Under the pieces are notes generated by a model, which did no database searches, was not told where the DNA came from, and was given only the letters and a program-made list of their open reading frames with translations. From the IMG/VR virus record IMGVR_UViG_3300045993_000450: DNA of 50,613 nucleotides; one strand, 5' to 3'. Below, piece after piece: positions 7,641 to 18,465 of this stretch. Made by a program: the position numbers and the translations under genes. Numbering within the stretch: position 1 is the first letter of the stretch; each line of letters opens with the position of its first letter. The stretch is from a virus.

Positions 7641-8597
7641 ATGGCTAATCTTGGAACATCTAATCGTACCGCTCTACGGTACGTACCCGAAGTAACTTTC
7701 GGAACCACTCCGGCAACTCCGGCTCTTACAGATATTCGTTACACTGGCGAATCTCTTAACTATGCCGTGAAAACGGTTCAAAGCACCGAAATTCGATCAG
7801 ACCGCAATATCGCGGATCTGGTTCGAGTCGGCGCGGACGTCTCAGGAGATATTCAGTTCGAATTATCGTTCCTGTCATTCGAGGTATTTCTCGAAGCAGT
7901 TATGGCTAGTTCTTTTAGTGCCCCGGTAGCTAACGCCTCTACCATGAAAAACGGAACGGTCTTGAAATCGTTCACGATTCAGAAACATTACCAAGATCTA
8001 GCTGTCCCTGTATATCAGAACTTTATTGGGGTGCGTGCTGGCGCCCTTAATCTGGATTTCAAGACCGGAGCAATTCTCACCGGTTCTCTGACCCTGATGG
8101 GTTTATCTTGTTCTGTCAGCACGACACAGATTGTGGGGGCTACAACTCCAGCGAATCCAGGGGTAGCCGAAGAAATCATGAACGCCGTAACAGACGTGAT
8201 TGAAATCAAGGAAAACGGTGCGGCTACCACGATGGTGATAAACTCTCTGTCTGTCAACATTAATAATAACCTGCGGGCTCAGGACGCGATTGGTTCTTTC
8301 GGCCATATCGGTGTAGCACTGGGTAAGATGGACGTGACTGGTAACATCGAAGCTTACTTCACTGATTTGACGGCGTATAACCGTTTCGTGAACGGCACTG
8401 CTTTTGCTTTGTCATTCAAAGTACAGGACGCAACTACTGACAGTTACACCTTCATCTTCCCCAAGGTTAAGTTCGAAACCGCTACGGTCGTATCTGGCGG
8501 TTTGGATCAAGACATTATGATGAAGGGTACTTGGAGAGCTCTGTATGACACAGCCACTTCTTGCACTGTCCAGATCGACAAATACAACACTCCCTAA
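7641..8597 (+). CDS. Major tail (tube) protein
   Basis: 318 aa, immediately upstream of the chaperone/tape-measure pair. Canonical siphovirus gene order. Confidence 0.65.
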   Translation: MANLGTSNRTALRYVPEVTFGTTPATPALTDIRYTGESLNYAVKTVQSTEIRSDRNIADLVRVGADVSGDIQFELSFLSFEVFLEAVMASSFSAPVANASTMKNGTVLKSFTIQKHYQDLAVPVYQNFIGVRAGALNLDFKTGAILTGSLTLMGLSCSVSTTQIVGATTPANPGVAEEIMNAVTDVIEIKENGAATTMVINSLSVNINNNLRAQDAIGSFGHIGVALGKMDVTGNIEAYFTDLTAYNRFVNGTAFALSFKVQDATTDSYTFIFPKVKFETATVVSGGLDQDIMMKGTWRALYDTATSCTVQIDKYNTP

Positions 8598-8619
8598 ACC
8601 CTAACTTAAAGGAAAAATT

Positions 8620-9009
8620 GTGGCTATTAACATTGATCAGAGCACCCAAGGCGCAGACGAGGGTGTATGGACAAAATATCGCGGATCAGAATTCCGTGTG
8701 GTGCATACAGGCCATCCGAAATTTCAGCGCGCATTGTCTAGACTTCAAGCCCCTCATCGTCGAAAGATCGAGAAGGGGACAATGGATCCTGTTGAAAGCC
8801 GCGATTTGCTTTGTGCAGCCATCGCAGAAGCATTGGTGTTGGATTGGAAAGGCGTAGTGGATTCGAAAGGTGCGGACATTCCTTACAGTCGCAAGATTTG
8901 TGAGACCGCACTTATCAATAACCCTGATTTGCGAGAGTATATCCAGGAATTTTCGATGGACTTGGAGAATTTCCGAGTAGAAGAGCAGGTTGAAAAGGGA
9001 AACGACTAG
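8620..9009 (+). CDS. Tail assembly chaperone (gpG analogue)
   Basis: 129 aa between the tube and tape-measure genes. Slippery heptamer near its 3' end. Confidence 0.7.
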   Translation: MAINIDQSTQGADEGVWTKYRGSEFRVVHTGHPKFQRALSRLQAPHRRKIEKGTMDPVESRDLLCAAIAEALVLDWKGVVDSKGADIPYSRKICETALINNPDLREYIQEFSMDLENFRVEEQVEKGND

Positions 9010-9320
9010 TCGAATACATTAAGTGGCGTGGGGAGTGGGGGGATAAGGTCGACTTCCTCAAGGAGTTAGAGGATAAAGGCATATCCCCTCAAGCCCTAGA
9101 TAAACGCCCTGATGTATTCGAGTGGATGACAGAGTATGTAACGGCGTTCGATATACTGTCTTCTAGACGTACTTTTGGGATGGATATAAATTCCATCAGT
9201 CTGACAGATATTCAGGCTTATCTGGAGTTATTTGGAAGTAGTGATACTGCGGATTTTGTAAGGTTCATAATTCAAATGGACGTGGCTTTTATAGAAACCA
9301 TTAAAAAGCGCAAAAAATGA
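8620..9320 (+). CDS. Tail assembly chaperone -1 frameshift product (gpGT analogue, about 233 aa)
   Basis: The -1 frame is open from 8994 to 9320. A_AAG_GGA (8994..9000) fits the XXXYYYZ pattern, 7 nt before the 0-frame stop at 9007. The extension ends with an ATGA overlap on the tape-measure start. Confidence 0.6.
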
Positions 9321-12300
9321 GCGACACTTCGACCCTACAGGTAGTTATAGATCCTAGTGGAGCCGTTAGTGGGGCCGAGCAAGTAACCAATGCCGTCAAT
9401 AAGATGGCCAATTCGTCGAAAACCGCATTCGGCGATGTGTCTAGCAGTTTAGAGAGGATGAATAAATTCCTCTCCGCTGCAAATTCTGGTATATCCGCTT
9501 TCTTTACGACTCTAGGAGCGGGCGCGGCCATGAAGTCCTTCATGGATCGCATGATAGACGTTAATACGACTTTTAACGCCTTCATAGCGACAATGACGGT
9601 TATCAACGGTTCTATCAGCAAGTCAAAAGACGAGTTTAATTACATTGTCGGCGTAGCGAATAAACTCGGTGTTAGTGTCGAGTCAATTATCAAACAATAT
9701 GGTCGATTGGCTGCGGCGTTAAAGAGTGTTGACACTACGGGTCAAATGACTCGCCAGGTATTCGAGGCCATTTCCGCAGCATCATCTGTGCTGCATATGA
9801 AAGGGTACGAAACAAATCTCTTGTTTAATGCCTTGGAACAATCAGTATCTAAGGGCAAGGTTAGTCTTGAGGAGTTCCAACGCCAATTAGGCAATAAACT
9901 CCCAGGGGCGATGCGCATGGCTGCTGAAGCTATGAACATGACGCAGGCAGAATTTCGCAGTGCAGTCACTAAAGGTTCCCTAGACGTTAATGAGGTAGTC
10001 ATAAAACTGGCCACTCAGATCAAGAAAGAATATGGAGATGCCTCGCAGATAGCCGCAGAAATGTTTACTGGCCAGATGATGCGCATGCAAAACGCAATCA
10101 CACAGTTGTATGTGACAATCGGACAAAGTGGGGCTATTGACGGACTTACTAAAATCGCTAAAGCTGTAACAGGGCTTTTCTCCGACCCCGAGGTTGGTAA
10201 AGTATTCGGAGAAGCCCTATATAAACTGTTTAGTGACATAGCCGATTGGATTTCAAAAATCACTTCAAGTGACATCAAGGATTTCTTTGACGGGTTATCC
10301 GGGATTATAGATGCATTTTCTATAATCGTCAAATCGATAGTCACGAATTTCTCTGATTTAGTTGAGGGGAAAGCAGACTTTCTTAGTTTCGGCGAAGGCG
10401 TTGCAAACGTAATGAATATTATGGCTGATGCGGCTATGACATTCGCTTCAGCCCTGGCGTTACTTCCAGCGATGGCTTACGAAGTAGCTATGGCGGTTAA
10501 GGTGCCGTTTGCCGGATTAAAGGCTATATTTGACTTAACTCAAGGTAAATCGATCGCTGAGGTATCCGCAAGTCTTGAGAGCGATATGAATCAACTCAAG
10601 ACATCAGACAAACTCACCATGAAGCTCATGGATATCGTTGTAGGCAGTGAAAACTCTCCTACATCGAAGTCCAGCGCCTTGATCGGTAAAGTTTTCGCAT
10701 CTATGAGGAATGACAGGGCTAATAAGGCATCTAGCGACGCCGCGGCTCTAATTGCGTCTCAGACTAATTACGAAAATCCAGCTTACATGAATCGTTTAGA
10801 TCACCCTGCAGATAGGGCTTGGTCTGATTACGGTATTGTATCTCAACCGTCTAACCCTACAAATAAAGGTAAAGGCAAAGTCGATGACTACACTAAAATC
10901 ATGGAGTCCGTTCAGGCTAAGATAAACCTGCAAACTGCGGAATTGGCTAGTGATGAGAAATTAAACGAAGCGGACAAGCTGAAGATAGACCTGTATACAA
11001 AGATCGATGCGGGTCTGCTGAAACTTAATCTAAAGCAAAAACTGAGTTTAGACGCTAGTCTCGATGAATTAGATACTAAGATAAAGTTGGTTAACGCTCA
11101 CAAGTTGGAAGAGAAAGCTATAGTTGCGGCTACTGAGGCTAGAGAAAAACACCTTACTTCTCTAGCCTCAGGATTAGACAAGATGAAGACCGAGGTCGAG
11201 ACTCAGAGAGAGTTTAACGACAGAATAGGGCTGTCTAAAGAGGCCATTTCGGAATTGGACGCGACCAAGTTGGAGAGTCAAGCTGTTACACTAGAGTTGC
11301 TAGCCATAAAGGCCATGGATAAAAACATGGACATGGCCCAGTACGACTTGTATAAAGCTCAAGCCAAAGAACTACGGACTTTAGGTGAACTCAAGAAAGA
11401 GGGCGCAGTAAAACAAGCTGACGTCGATCGTGTTAAGGCCTTGACCGAAGAAAACGCTAAGGCGGCAAAAGAGTCAGAAAAATACTGGGAAGACGCTTTT
11501 ATGCGGGCTTTTGAATCTGGTAAAGGTTTCTTCCAGAGTTTATGGGACACCATCAAGAATACTCTTAAAACCCAGGTCTTGAAGGTTACGGTACAAGGTG
11601 TAATGGGATCTCTAGGTATCGGAGCAGCTGGCGCCGCAACTGCGGGTCAGGGCGGCGGATCTATGCAGGACGCGTTCTCATCGAATGTATTCAGTAATTT
11701 CGGGGGGTCTGTAGCATCAACCACAGGTAAAGCCGCCTCTTGGTTAATAAATAATGGGTTTGACACGGTCGGTCAGAGTGCGGCAGATTTGGCCAAAACA
11801 CTCAATGATTACTCCGGTGCAATAACTACCGCGGGTAATACTATCGGGTATGCATCAGCATTGTACTCGGCAAGTCAAGGCAAGTGGGGCACCGCAATCG
11901 GACAGGGCATTGGCACTTACTTTGGTGGACCAATTGGCTCGGCCATTGGTGGTGCTATTGGCGGTTGGGTTGATAGTGCCTTTGGCGGCGGCGGTGGGCC
12001 AAAGACAGAATCCAGCTACGGCAACATGGCCGGTCTTGGCAATACCTCGGCCACCGGGCTTGCCGGTACATACGCCACCAGCATCGAGAACATGTGGGCA
12101 GGCATGGCTAAACAATTTGGCCTGAGCAACAAGCTCAAAGTCGGGGCGCTAACAAGTTCCGATCCGCAAGGCACCGCCAATACTGACTTCAATGCGTCAG
12201 CCACAGTTAATGGCCAGCAAGTATATAGTCGCTACGATCGTATGGGTGGACGTAACCCTTCTCAGACAGGTCGTAGTGAGGCGGAGTTACAAGCCGCTAT

Positions 12301-13621
12301 GAATGACGAAGTGCCAAGGATCATGTTGGCAGCGTTAAAAGCTTCGGATATTGGTACAGACTACAAGAACTTCTTGAACACTGTAAGTACTTCAGCAACA
12401 GCCGAAGTGATCCAGGCCGCTCTAGATAAGGTTGGAGTAATTAGTCAGTTTAGGGATTCAGTAAATGCCTTGCCATTTGCTCAGTTAAGGGACTTGAGTT
12501 TTGCTGCGGCTGACGGTCTGATTGCGGCTGCGGGAGGTATGCAAGCCCTAGGTGCGAATCTTGGAACGTACTACTCCAATTTTTATACGCAAGAAGAACA
12601 AAGAGCTCAAGCCATAAAGAATATCAACAAAGTCACTTTGTCTTTGGGTTTAGACGCTTCTACCGCCACTAAAGAGATGTTTAGACAACTAGTTGAGTCT
12701 CAGGATTTAACTACTGCCTCCGGTCAGAAAACATACGCCGCACTACTAGGTATTAGTGGGGCCTTCGCTACCCTTGCGGATTCTTCAACTACTGTAGTGA
12801 AATCAGTGGCCGCCGCAACTCTAACTATGGATACATCTGGCGCAGCTCTAAAAGCCTCTATGGAGGCAAACGCGTTAGCAGCCAAAAACTTCATGCAAAG
12901 TCTGGCCGATGGTTACCAAACAGGATTAGACAATTATCAAAAGACTATTGACAAATTTGACGCATTCACAGAGTCCCTTAAGAAATTCCAAGACTCTCTC
13001 AAGTTAGGCGCAGACTCTACTTTGTCTGCAAAAGAAAAATATGACTTGGCCAATAGTAACTTCGTTAATACTAGTCAACAGGCGTCTATCGGCAATGAGA
13101 AAGCAATAAGCGATCTCCCCAATGTTATAACCGCATTCTTGAGCGCCAGCAAACAATATTCCACAGATTCCTTGTCTTATTCGAGAGATTTTTCCAGATC
13201 AAATGTGGCGCTTAATACCGCGCAACAGTATACGCAAGGCATGAGCGCTCAAGCAGCTCAAGATATGGCCGATTACCCCGCAAGAATGGCCGCGTTCTAT
13301 GCCGCAGTCAGAGAGAGTTTTGCAGCTCAAGGAATTACCGGATTTGCTGTAGGGACTAATTTTGTACCCAACGATATGACCGCTAAAATACACGCTGGGG
13401 AGAGAATCATTCCTGCGGCGGACAATGCTGAACTTATGGATCGTCTAAATAGTCCTGCAGAGGCTAGTGCAGTTTTAGTGTCGGAAATTAGAGAATTACG
13501 TGCGGTAATGGAGAAGCAACAAACCGCCCTGGATAACATCCAGAAAACAAGTGCTAGGACCTCCAGTACTCTTATCAACGTCACTAATGGGGGCAACACT
13601 TTGTTGACCACTGCAGCATGA
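9317..13621 (+). CDS. Tape measure protein
   Basis: 1434 aa, Ala/Gly/Ser-rich and coiled-coil-rich with a glycine-rich central segment. Position follows the G/GT pair. Confidence 0.9.
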   Translation: MSDTSTLQVVIDPSGAVSGAEQVTNAVNKMANSSKTAFGDVSSSLERMNKFLSAANSGISAFFTTLGAGAAMKSFMDRMIDVNTTFNAFIATMTVINGSISKSKDEFNYIVGVANKLGVSVESIIKQYGRLAAALKSVDTTGQMTRQVFEAISAASSVLHMKGYETNLLFNALEQSVSKGKVSLEEFQRQLGNKLPGAMRMAAEAMNMTQAEFRSAVTKGSLDVNEVVIKLATQIKKEYGDASQIAAEMFTGQMMRMQNAITQLYVTIGQSGAIDGLTKIAKAVTGLFSDPEVGKVFGEALYKLFSDIADWISKITSSDIKDFFDGLSGIIDAFSIIVKSIVTNFSDLVEGKADFLSFGEGVANVMNIMADAAMTFASALALLPAMAYEVAMAVKVPFAGLKAIFDLTQGKSIAEVSASLESDMNQLKTSDKLTMKLMDIVVGSENSPTSKSSALIGKVFASMRNDRANKASSDAAALIASQTNYENPAYMNRLDHPADRAWSDYGIVSQPSNPTNKGKGKVDDYTKIMESVQAKINLQTAELASDEKLNEADKLKIDLYTKIDAGLLKLNLKQKLSLDASLDELDTKIKLVNAHKLEEKAIVAATEAREKHLTSLASGLDKMKTEVETQREFNDRIGLSKEAISELDATKLESQAVTLELLAIKAMDKNMDMAQYDLYKAQAKELRTLGELKKEGAVKQADVDRVKALTEENAKAAKESEKYWEDAFMRAFESGKGFFQSLWDTIKNTLKTQVLKVTVQGVMGSLGIGAAGAATAGQGGGSMQDAFSSNVFSNFGGSVASTTGKAASWLINNGFDTVGQSAADLAKTLNDYSGAITTAGNTIGYASALYSASQGKWGTAIGQGIGTYFGGPIGSAIGGAIGGWVDSAFGGGGGPKTESSYGNMAGLGNTSATGLAGTYATSIENMWAGMAKQFGLSNKLKVGALTSSDPQGTANTDFNASATVNGQQVYSRYDRMGGRNPSQTGRSEAELQAAMNDEVPRIMLAALKASDIGTDYKNFLNTVSTSATAEVIQAALDKVGVISQFRDSVNALPFAQLRDLSFAAADGLIAAAGGMQALGANLGTYYSNFYTQEEQRAQAIKNINKVTLSLGLDASTATKEMFRQLVESQDLTTASGQKTYAALLGISGAFATLADSSTTVVKSVAAATLTMDTSGAALKASMEANALAAKNFMQSLADGYQTGLDNYQKTIDKFDAFTESLKKFQDSLKLGADSTLSAKEKYDLANSNFVNTSQQASIGNEKAISDLPNVITAFLSASKQYSTDSLSYSRDFSRSNVALNTAQQYTQGMSAQAAQDMADYPARMAAFYAAVRESFAAQGITGFAVGTNFVPNDMTAKIHAGERIIPAADNAELMDRLNSPAEASAVLVSEIRELRAVMEKQQTALDNIQKTSARTSSTLINVTNGGNTLLTTAA

Positions 13622-14676
13622 AAGTAGTACCTCCAATCACTGTTACCACCGCTAAGTTGACCAGTACTACGGTACCGGAGGTTGCTCCGGCGGTTTATGC
13701 CGCAGGAACCTCTTATGCATTGAATGCCCAATGCAGTATGGCAGGTACAGCGGGCCTTATCACTGTCTACAAGTCATTGCAGGCAGGAAACGTGGGTCAC
13801 ACCCCCTCCTCTAGTCCGACGTGGTGGGTTAGTATTGGAGATACGTATCAGACTTATGCTGTAGGTACCACTTACGCTTTAGGTGACAGGGTACTAGACA
13901 GTACGAATCATTTGATATACGAATCAGTTATAGCCGCTAATTTAGGCCAGACCTTAACAAACGTGTCTAAATGGTTAAGGGTAGGACTCAGCAATGCTTA
14001 CGCTATGTTTGACCTACTACGAGGCACTTCTACGTCGGTTCCCGGAAGTATGACTGTAGTACTCGCACCTGGCGAACGGATTAACGCATTGATTCTAAGC
14101 GGTTTAGTGGCTAGTTCCATATCAGTATCAGTGTCGGATATAACTGGCGTCATATATACCTATTCTCAATCATTAACGACTCGCATCGTGACGGATTGGT
14201 ACGATTACTTCTTCTCCGCGTTCACCACACAAAATAGTGTATCCTTATTTAATCTACCTCCTGCAAATTCACCTATAATAACCGTTACTTTGACTGCGGC
14301 CTCTGGCAATGTAAGTTGCTCGGCCTTTGTGTTGGGGACATACTTAGATATTGGGGATATTCAGTACGAGGCCGAATCCGACGTTCTCAACTTCTCCACT
14401 GTTACCCGTGATTTTGCGGGTGGAACCTCTGAAATGGTACAACGGCGCAACGTGCCTCGTACGATCCAAAATATTCAAGTGTCTAAGTCTAAAGTTGATA
14501 AAATCCGTGTTCTTAGAGACGATCTAGCGGGTACACCAGCGGTGTGGGCCGGCTTAAATGACGGATCAGATCCTTATTTTGAGTCTCTATTGATCATTGG
14601 ATTTTACAAACGATTTACCATAAATTTGAAGTACCCAAATCACGCAATGATCTCTCTTGAACTCGAGGAAATTTAA
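13618..14676 (+). CDS. Distal tail / minor tail protein
   Basis: 352 aa. The start overlaps the tape-measure stop. Y..G..Y..GD.V......YES......W carbohydrate-binding-like motifs. Confidence 0.5.
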   Translation: MKVVPPITVTTAKLTSTTVPEVAPAVYAAGTSYALNAQCSMAGTAGLITVYKSLQAGNVGHTPSSSPTWWVSIGDTYQTYAVGTTYALGDRVLDSTNHLIYESVIAANLGQTLTNVSKWLRVGLSNAYAMFDLLRGTSTSVPGSMTVVLAPGERINALILSGLVASSISVSVSDITGVIYTYSQSLTTRIVTDWYDYFFSAFTTQNSVSLFNLPPANSPIITVTLTAASGNVSCSAFVLGTYLDIGDIQYEAESDVLNFSTVTRDFAGGTSEMVQRRNVPRTIQNIQVSKSKVDKIRVLRDDLAGTPAVWAGLNDGSDPYFESLLIIGFYKRFTINLKYPNHAMISLELEEI

Positions 14677-17600
14677 TATGTCTCTTACTTCGCCCCCAGT
14701 AGCCCCGACAATTGCAGATCCGTCGACGTTTGCGACGCGCGCAGACGCCATGGTTTCATGGTTAGGTACAAATGTCACGGAACTCAACGCGTTACAGACA
14801 GACGTATCTTCTAAGCAGTCCCTAGCCGCTCAGAGTGTAATTGATGCCGCGACTCAAGTAACTCTTGCTACAGCGCAAAAGACTTTGGCTCAAGATCAAG
14901 CCAATACAGCTATTGCGCAAGCTATTCTGGCCCAGGGATCAGCTGCGTCTGTAGGAGTACCCGCATGGGTATCAGGAACAACTTACGCCATAGGCAATCT
15001 TAGGTATAGTCCTGTAAACTTTCAAAACTATCGTCGTAAAACCGCAGGAGCGGGTACCACTGACCCGAGTTTAGATCAAACAAACTGGGTCATCGTCGGG
15101 TCCGCGTATACTAATCAGGTTCAATCTAGTGCTACGTCTATAGTCCTTACAGCATCTAGTGCCAGTGTTCAAAGTATAACCTTCACAGCAGCAAGTCAAA
15201 CCGTGACTATGCCTGCGGCTAATTCTAACTCGTTTGTAGGCCCTGTAATCCTGATTAGAAACTCCGGGTTATTTAGTTTCGATATACTGAATAACGCGGG
15301 CGATACGATTTTCTCTGGACTGGGCCCAAATAAGAGCGTCGTGATGTGGTTGAGAGATAACACCACCGTTGCAGGTGAATGGTCTTCGTTATCAAATCAA
15401 GGTCCTCAAACGGAATATGTTGCGGGTATAGCCAGTGTTATGTCGGGGGTTTTGTCTAATCTCACCTCATCTATCAATTTAGACTCAACCCGTGTGTTAG
15501 TATTTTATTCAGTCGCGGCGGGGTATTACGCTGTAGTACTAAGTGTCTCAGGATTAACCGTCACGGTAGGTACACCCGTTAAAATGCCGTCAAACGGGTA
15601 CGCGATGTCTTGCTGCGCAGGAGGTGCAAATCAGGTTTTATACGCTACTAGCTGTATAGAAATAGGCGCGGTGACGGTGTCTGGAACTGTACCCTCTTTC
15701 GGACCTCCAGCGATTTCTCAAGCGCTTACTGGGTGTTATTCTATAACCATATCCCCCGCTGGGACCGGAAAAGCTATTGTGGCGTACCCCGACTCTACAG
15801 CCTCTTATGCTGTTAATACCTTCGTTGTCACATACGATAGTTCCAACTCAATCAATGCTTGCGGTCTCAATATATCCGACGCTGTAAACCAGAATTTTTG
15901 CACTTATGACACTTGCAATATAGGAACAGACGCTGCACTCCATGTATATATTTCCAATGGTGTCTTATACGGGTACGTAGTTACATGCTCTGGCGCGGTT
16001 CTTACTAGAAACGCTACGTATACTTTGGTTGCGGCTAATGTAGGATCGAGGGTGAAAATAACCTATATCGGATCCAATCAAGCTATGATCTGTTATAACG
16101 ATACTAGTGCTGGGTCCGCTATAGCCATGGTTATAAGTATTTCAGGAACCGTCTTAACCCCTAATGCCCCCGCTACTGTGGCTACTTTGGCTAGTCCTCA
16201 AGATTATACACCAGTCATTGCGCCCTTCGCGTCCGCTTCAGGTTCGTACCTTGGGGCGATAACCTACGGAAACGGGGTTTATGTGGTGGTGCCTAGAGGT
16301 TGGAGTTCTACTTACGCCGGGTATTCATATGACGGCGTTACCTGGACCGGGGGTCCAAGCGCGCTACCCAGTAACACTTGGTACAGTGTAGCCTATGACA
16401 GTGTGAATGCCAAATTTATAGCTGTCGGAGACAGTTGCGCGGCTTACTCTACAGACGGAATAACTTGGATAGCGTCTACGATATCTGCAAACCCGTGGCG
16501 TAACATAACATGTGGTGGAGGAAAGTGCATCGCCACAGCGATGTCTGGTAGTACGTATGCGTACTCTCCGGATGGCGTAAACTGGACTACCTATACTAAT
16601 TTGCCGGCGGGGTCTTATAGAGGAGTGGCATACGGTAACGGTTATTTTGTAATGACGGCGACCAGCGCTACTACAGTATCTGCGTATTCCACCAACGGTA
16701 CTACGTGGACAGTTGGGGGCGCCATGCCGTCTGGCAACTACTGGGATAATTTGACATATGGAAACGGTAAATTTGTAGCCGTGGCGGGAATGTCCTCATC
16801 AGCCAATGCCGCAGCATATTCTACGGACAACGGTTTAAACTGGATAGCCGCCACGATGCCTGCTACTAAACAGTGGAGCGGGGTAACCTACGGAAACGGG
16901 GTATTTTTAGCTATCATGGTAGATACTACTACCTCTGCTATCGCGTATTCTATAAACGGAACCACTTGGTCCGCGTTACAATTGAGTGCCGCCTATCAAT
17001 GGTCGAGCGTATGTTTTGCGAATGGTAATTTTTACGCCGTAAGAGGAAATAACTCTACATCGAACGTGAACGGCCTTGTTATCATCCCTGCGACGGTTGT
17101 TCCTACCGCTATGTGTTCTACTAACACTGGGTCCGCTCTGGTGTGCTATAATGACGGTCTGTATAATTCCGGTTATCTTAAGGCTATGACGGTTAGTGGA
17201 ACGACAATAACTGTGGGCGCGGCCACTACGGCCACTAATGCGTTTAATAACACTTTGAGATACTATAACGCACAGGTCTTATGCCAGACAAATACAAATA
17301 AGGCTGCGTTTGTATACATGCCGACAGCGAGTACTATTTTTGCCAGAACTATAAGCGTATCTGGAACCGCTATTACATATAACACCGAGAGCGCGGCCCC
17401 AATCTATGCGCCCGCAACCACTGTTTTAAGTATTTGCCAGACTAATACAGACGAGGCAGTTATAGGGTATATGGCTTCTAGTATGAATCCCATAGCCATA
17501 CCTGTTAGTACCTCTGCGACCACCGCTACTTTTCCCTCTAGTAGTATTAGTGCGTCCACGACCTCTTGTTACTGGGTTGGAGTTACCCCCACAGCCGCAA

Positions 17601-18463
17601 CAGGCGGATTTGTTATTCTGTACAAAAATTCTTCGTCAAACTCCATTTATGGGAACGCATGTACTATTACTGCGGGTACTATAACTGGAGGAGCTCAGAA
17701 TACCACCGTTTCGTACGGTGCCGCATATTTAGGGACTCCTCAAGCGCCTAATGGTTGGTTACAAACCTCTTACCTGTCCCCCGGCAAAGCCCTAATGTAC
17801 GCCCATAATGTGGCGAGTACTTCCAGTACAGGCCCGTCTTATGGATCTCTAATTAGGGCGTCTGGGTTGACCTTCACCACCCCTACAACTTACTATTATT
17901 CTGGAGTAACTGGATCGAGCACCTACTATAACCTATCTTCGTGTTTCATGGCTACGGACACGGCTGTTTTATCGTGTTCTACAGCGACAAATACTAGTGC
18001 GGTGGTAGCCACAGCGTCGGGCTATAGTCTATCTTTCGGCGGTATACTGAGTGCATATACAACCTCAATATATAGTCGAATCAAGTATTTATCTTCCAAC
18101 AAGTTCTTATGGATTTGTTACGATTCTGCCGGATCTAGAAACTCCATCGTTACGGCTTCCGGTACTACTCTCACAAATAATACTCCTATCCTAGGGCCTA
18201 GTCTATATTCTAGTTTATATGACTGGGACGTAGTCGTCAATTCTCCTACAAAACAGACTGTTATTTATAGGGACAATGAGGTTGGAGTGTCAACCTACTC
18301 TATAAACGTGTCTGGTAACATTTTGAGCCTGACATCGCCTGTGAAACTAAATTCTACGACTAATACTCTAGTATCAGCGGCCCCTGTCGGAAATAATACT
18401 GTTGTGGTTTATCAGACGGCAGGTATAGGTTATGCACAAATAGCCCAATTTATTAAGGAATAA
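14657..18463 (+). CDS. Tail tip / host-specificity protein with a central beta-propeller-like repeat domain
   Basis: 1268 aa. Six to seven repeats of about 42 aa (W..V.YGNG.FVAV......AYS.DG..W). Ser/Thr/Asn-rich. Position follows the distal tail protein. Confidence 0.6.
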   Translation: MNSRKFNMSLTSPPVAPTIADPSTFATRADAMVSWLGTNVTELNALQTDVSSKQSLAAQSVIDAATQVTLATAQKTLAQDQANTAIAQAILAQGSAASVGVPAWVSGTTYAIGNLRYSPVNFQNYRRKTAGAGTTDPSLDQTNWVIVGSAYTNQVQSSATSIVLTASSASVQSITFTAASQTVTMPAANSNSFVGPVILIRNSGLFSFDILNNAGDTIFSGLGPNKSVVMWLRDNTTVAGEWSSLSNQGPQTEYVAGIASVMSGVLSNLTSSINLDSTRVLVFYSVAAGYYAVVLSVSGLTVTVGTPVKMPSNGYAMSCCAGGANQVLYATSCIEIGAVTVSGTVPSFGPPAISQALTGCYSITISPAGTGKAIVAYPDSTASYAVNTFVVTYDSSNSINACGLNISDAVNQNFCTYDTCNIGTDAALHVYISNGVLYGYVVTCSGAVLTRNATYTLVAANVGSRVKITYIGSNQAMICYNDTSAGSAIAMVISISGTVLTPNAPATVATLASPQDYTPVIAPFASASGSYLGAITYGNGVYVVVPRGWSSTYAGYSYDGVTWTGGPSALPSNTWYSVAYDSVNAKFIAVGDSCAAYSTDGITWIASTISANPWRNITCGGGKCIATAMSGSTYAYSPDGVNWTTYTNLPAGSYRGVAYGNGYFVMTATSATTVSAYSTNGTTWTVGGAMPSGNYWDNLTYGNGKFVAVAGMSSSANAAAYSTDNGLNWIAATMPATKQWSGVTYGNGVFLAIMVDTTTSAIAYSINGTTWSALQLSAAYQWSSVCFANGNFYAVRGNNSTSNVNGLVIIPATVVPTAMCSTNTGSALVCYNDGLYNSGYLKAMTVSGTTITVGAATTATNAFNNTLRYYNAQVLCQTNTNKAAFVYMPTASTIFARTISVSGTAITYNTESAAPIYAPATTVLSICQTNTDEAVIGYMASSMNPIAIPVSTSATTATFPSSSISASTTSCYWVGVTPTAATGGFVILYKNSSSNSIYGNACTITAGTITGGAQNTTVSYGAAYLGTPQAPNGWLQTSYLSPGKALMYAHNVASTSSTGPSYGSLIRASGLTFTTPTTYYYSGVTGSSTYYNLSSCFMATDTAVLSCSTATNTSAVVATASGYSLSFGGILSAYTTSIYSRIKYLSSNKFLWICYDSAGSRNSIVTASGTTLTNNTPILGPSLYSSLYDWDVVVNSPTKQTVIYRDNEVGVSTYSINVSGNILSLTSPVKLNSTTNTLVSAAPVGNNTVVVYQTAGIGYAQIAQFIKE

Positions 18464-18465
18464 TC

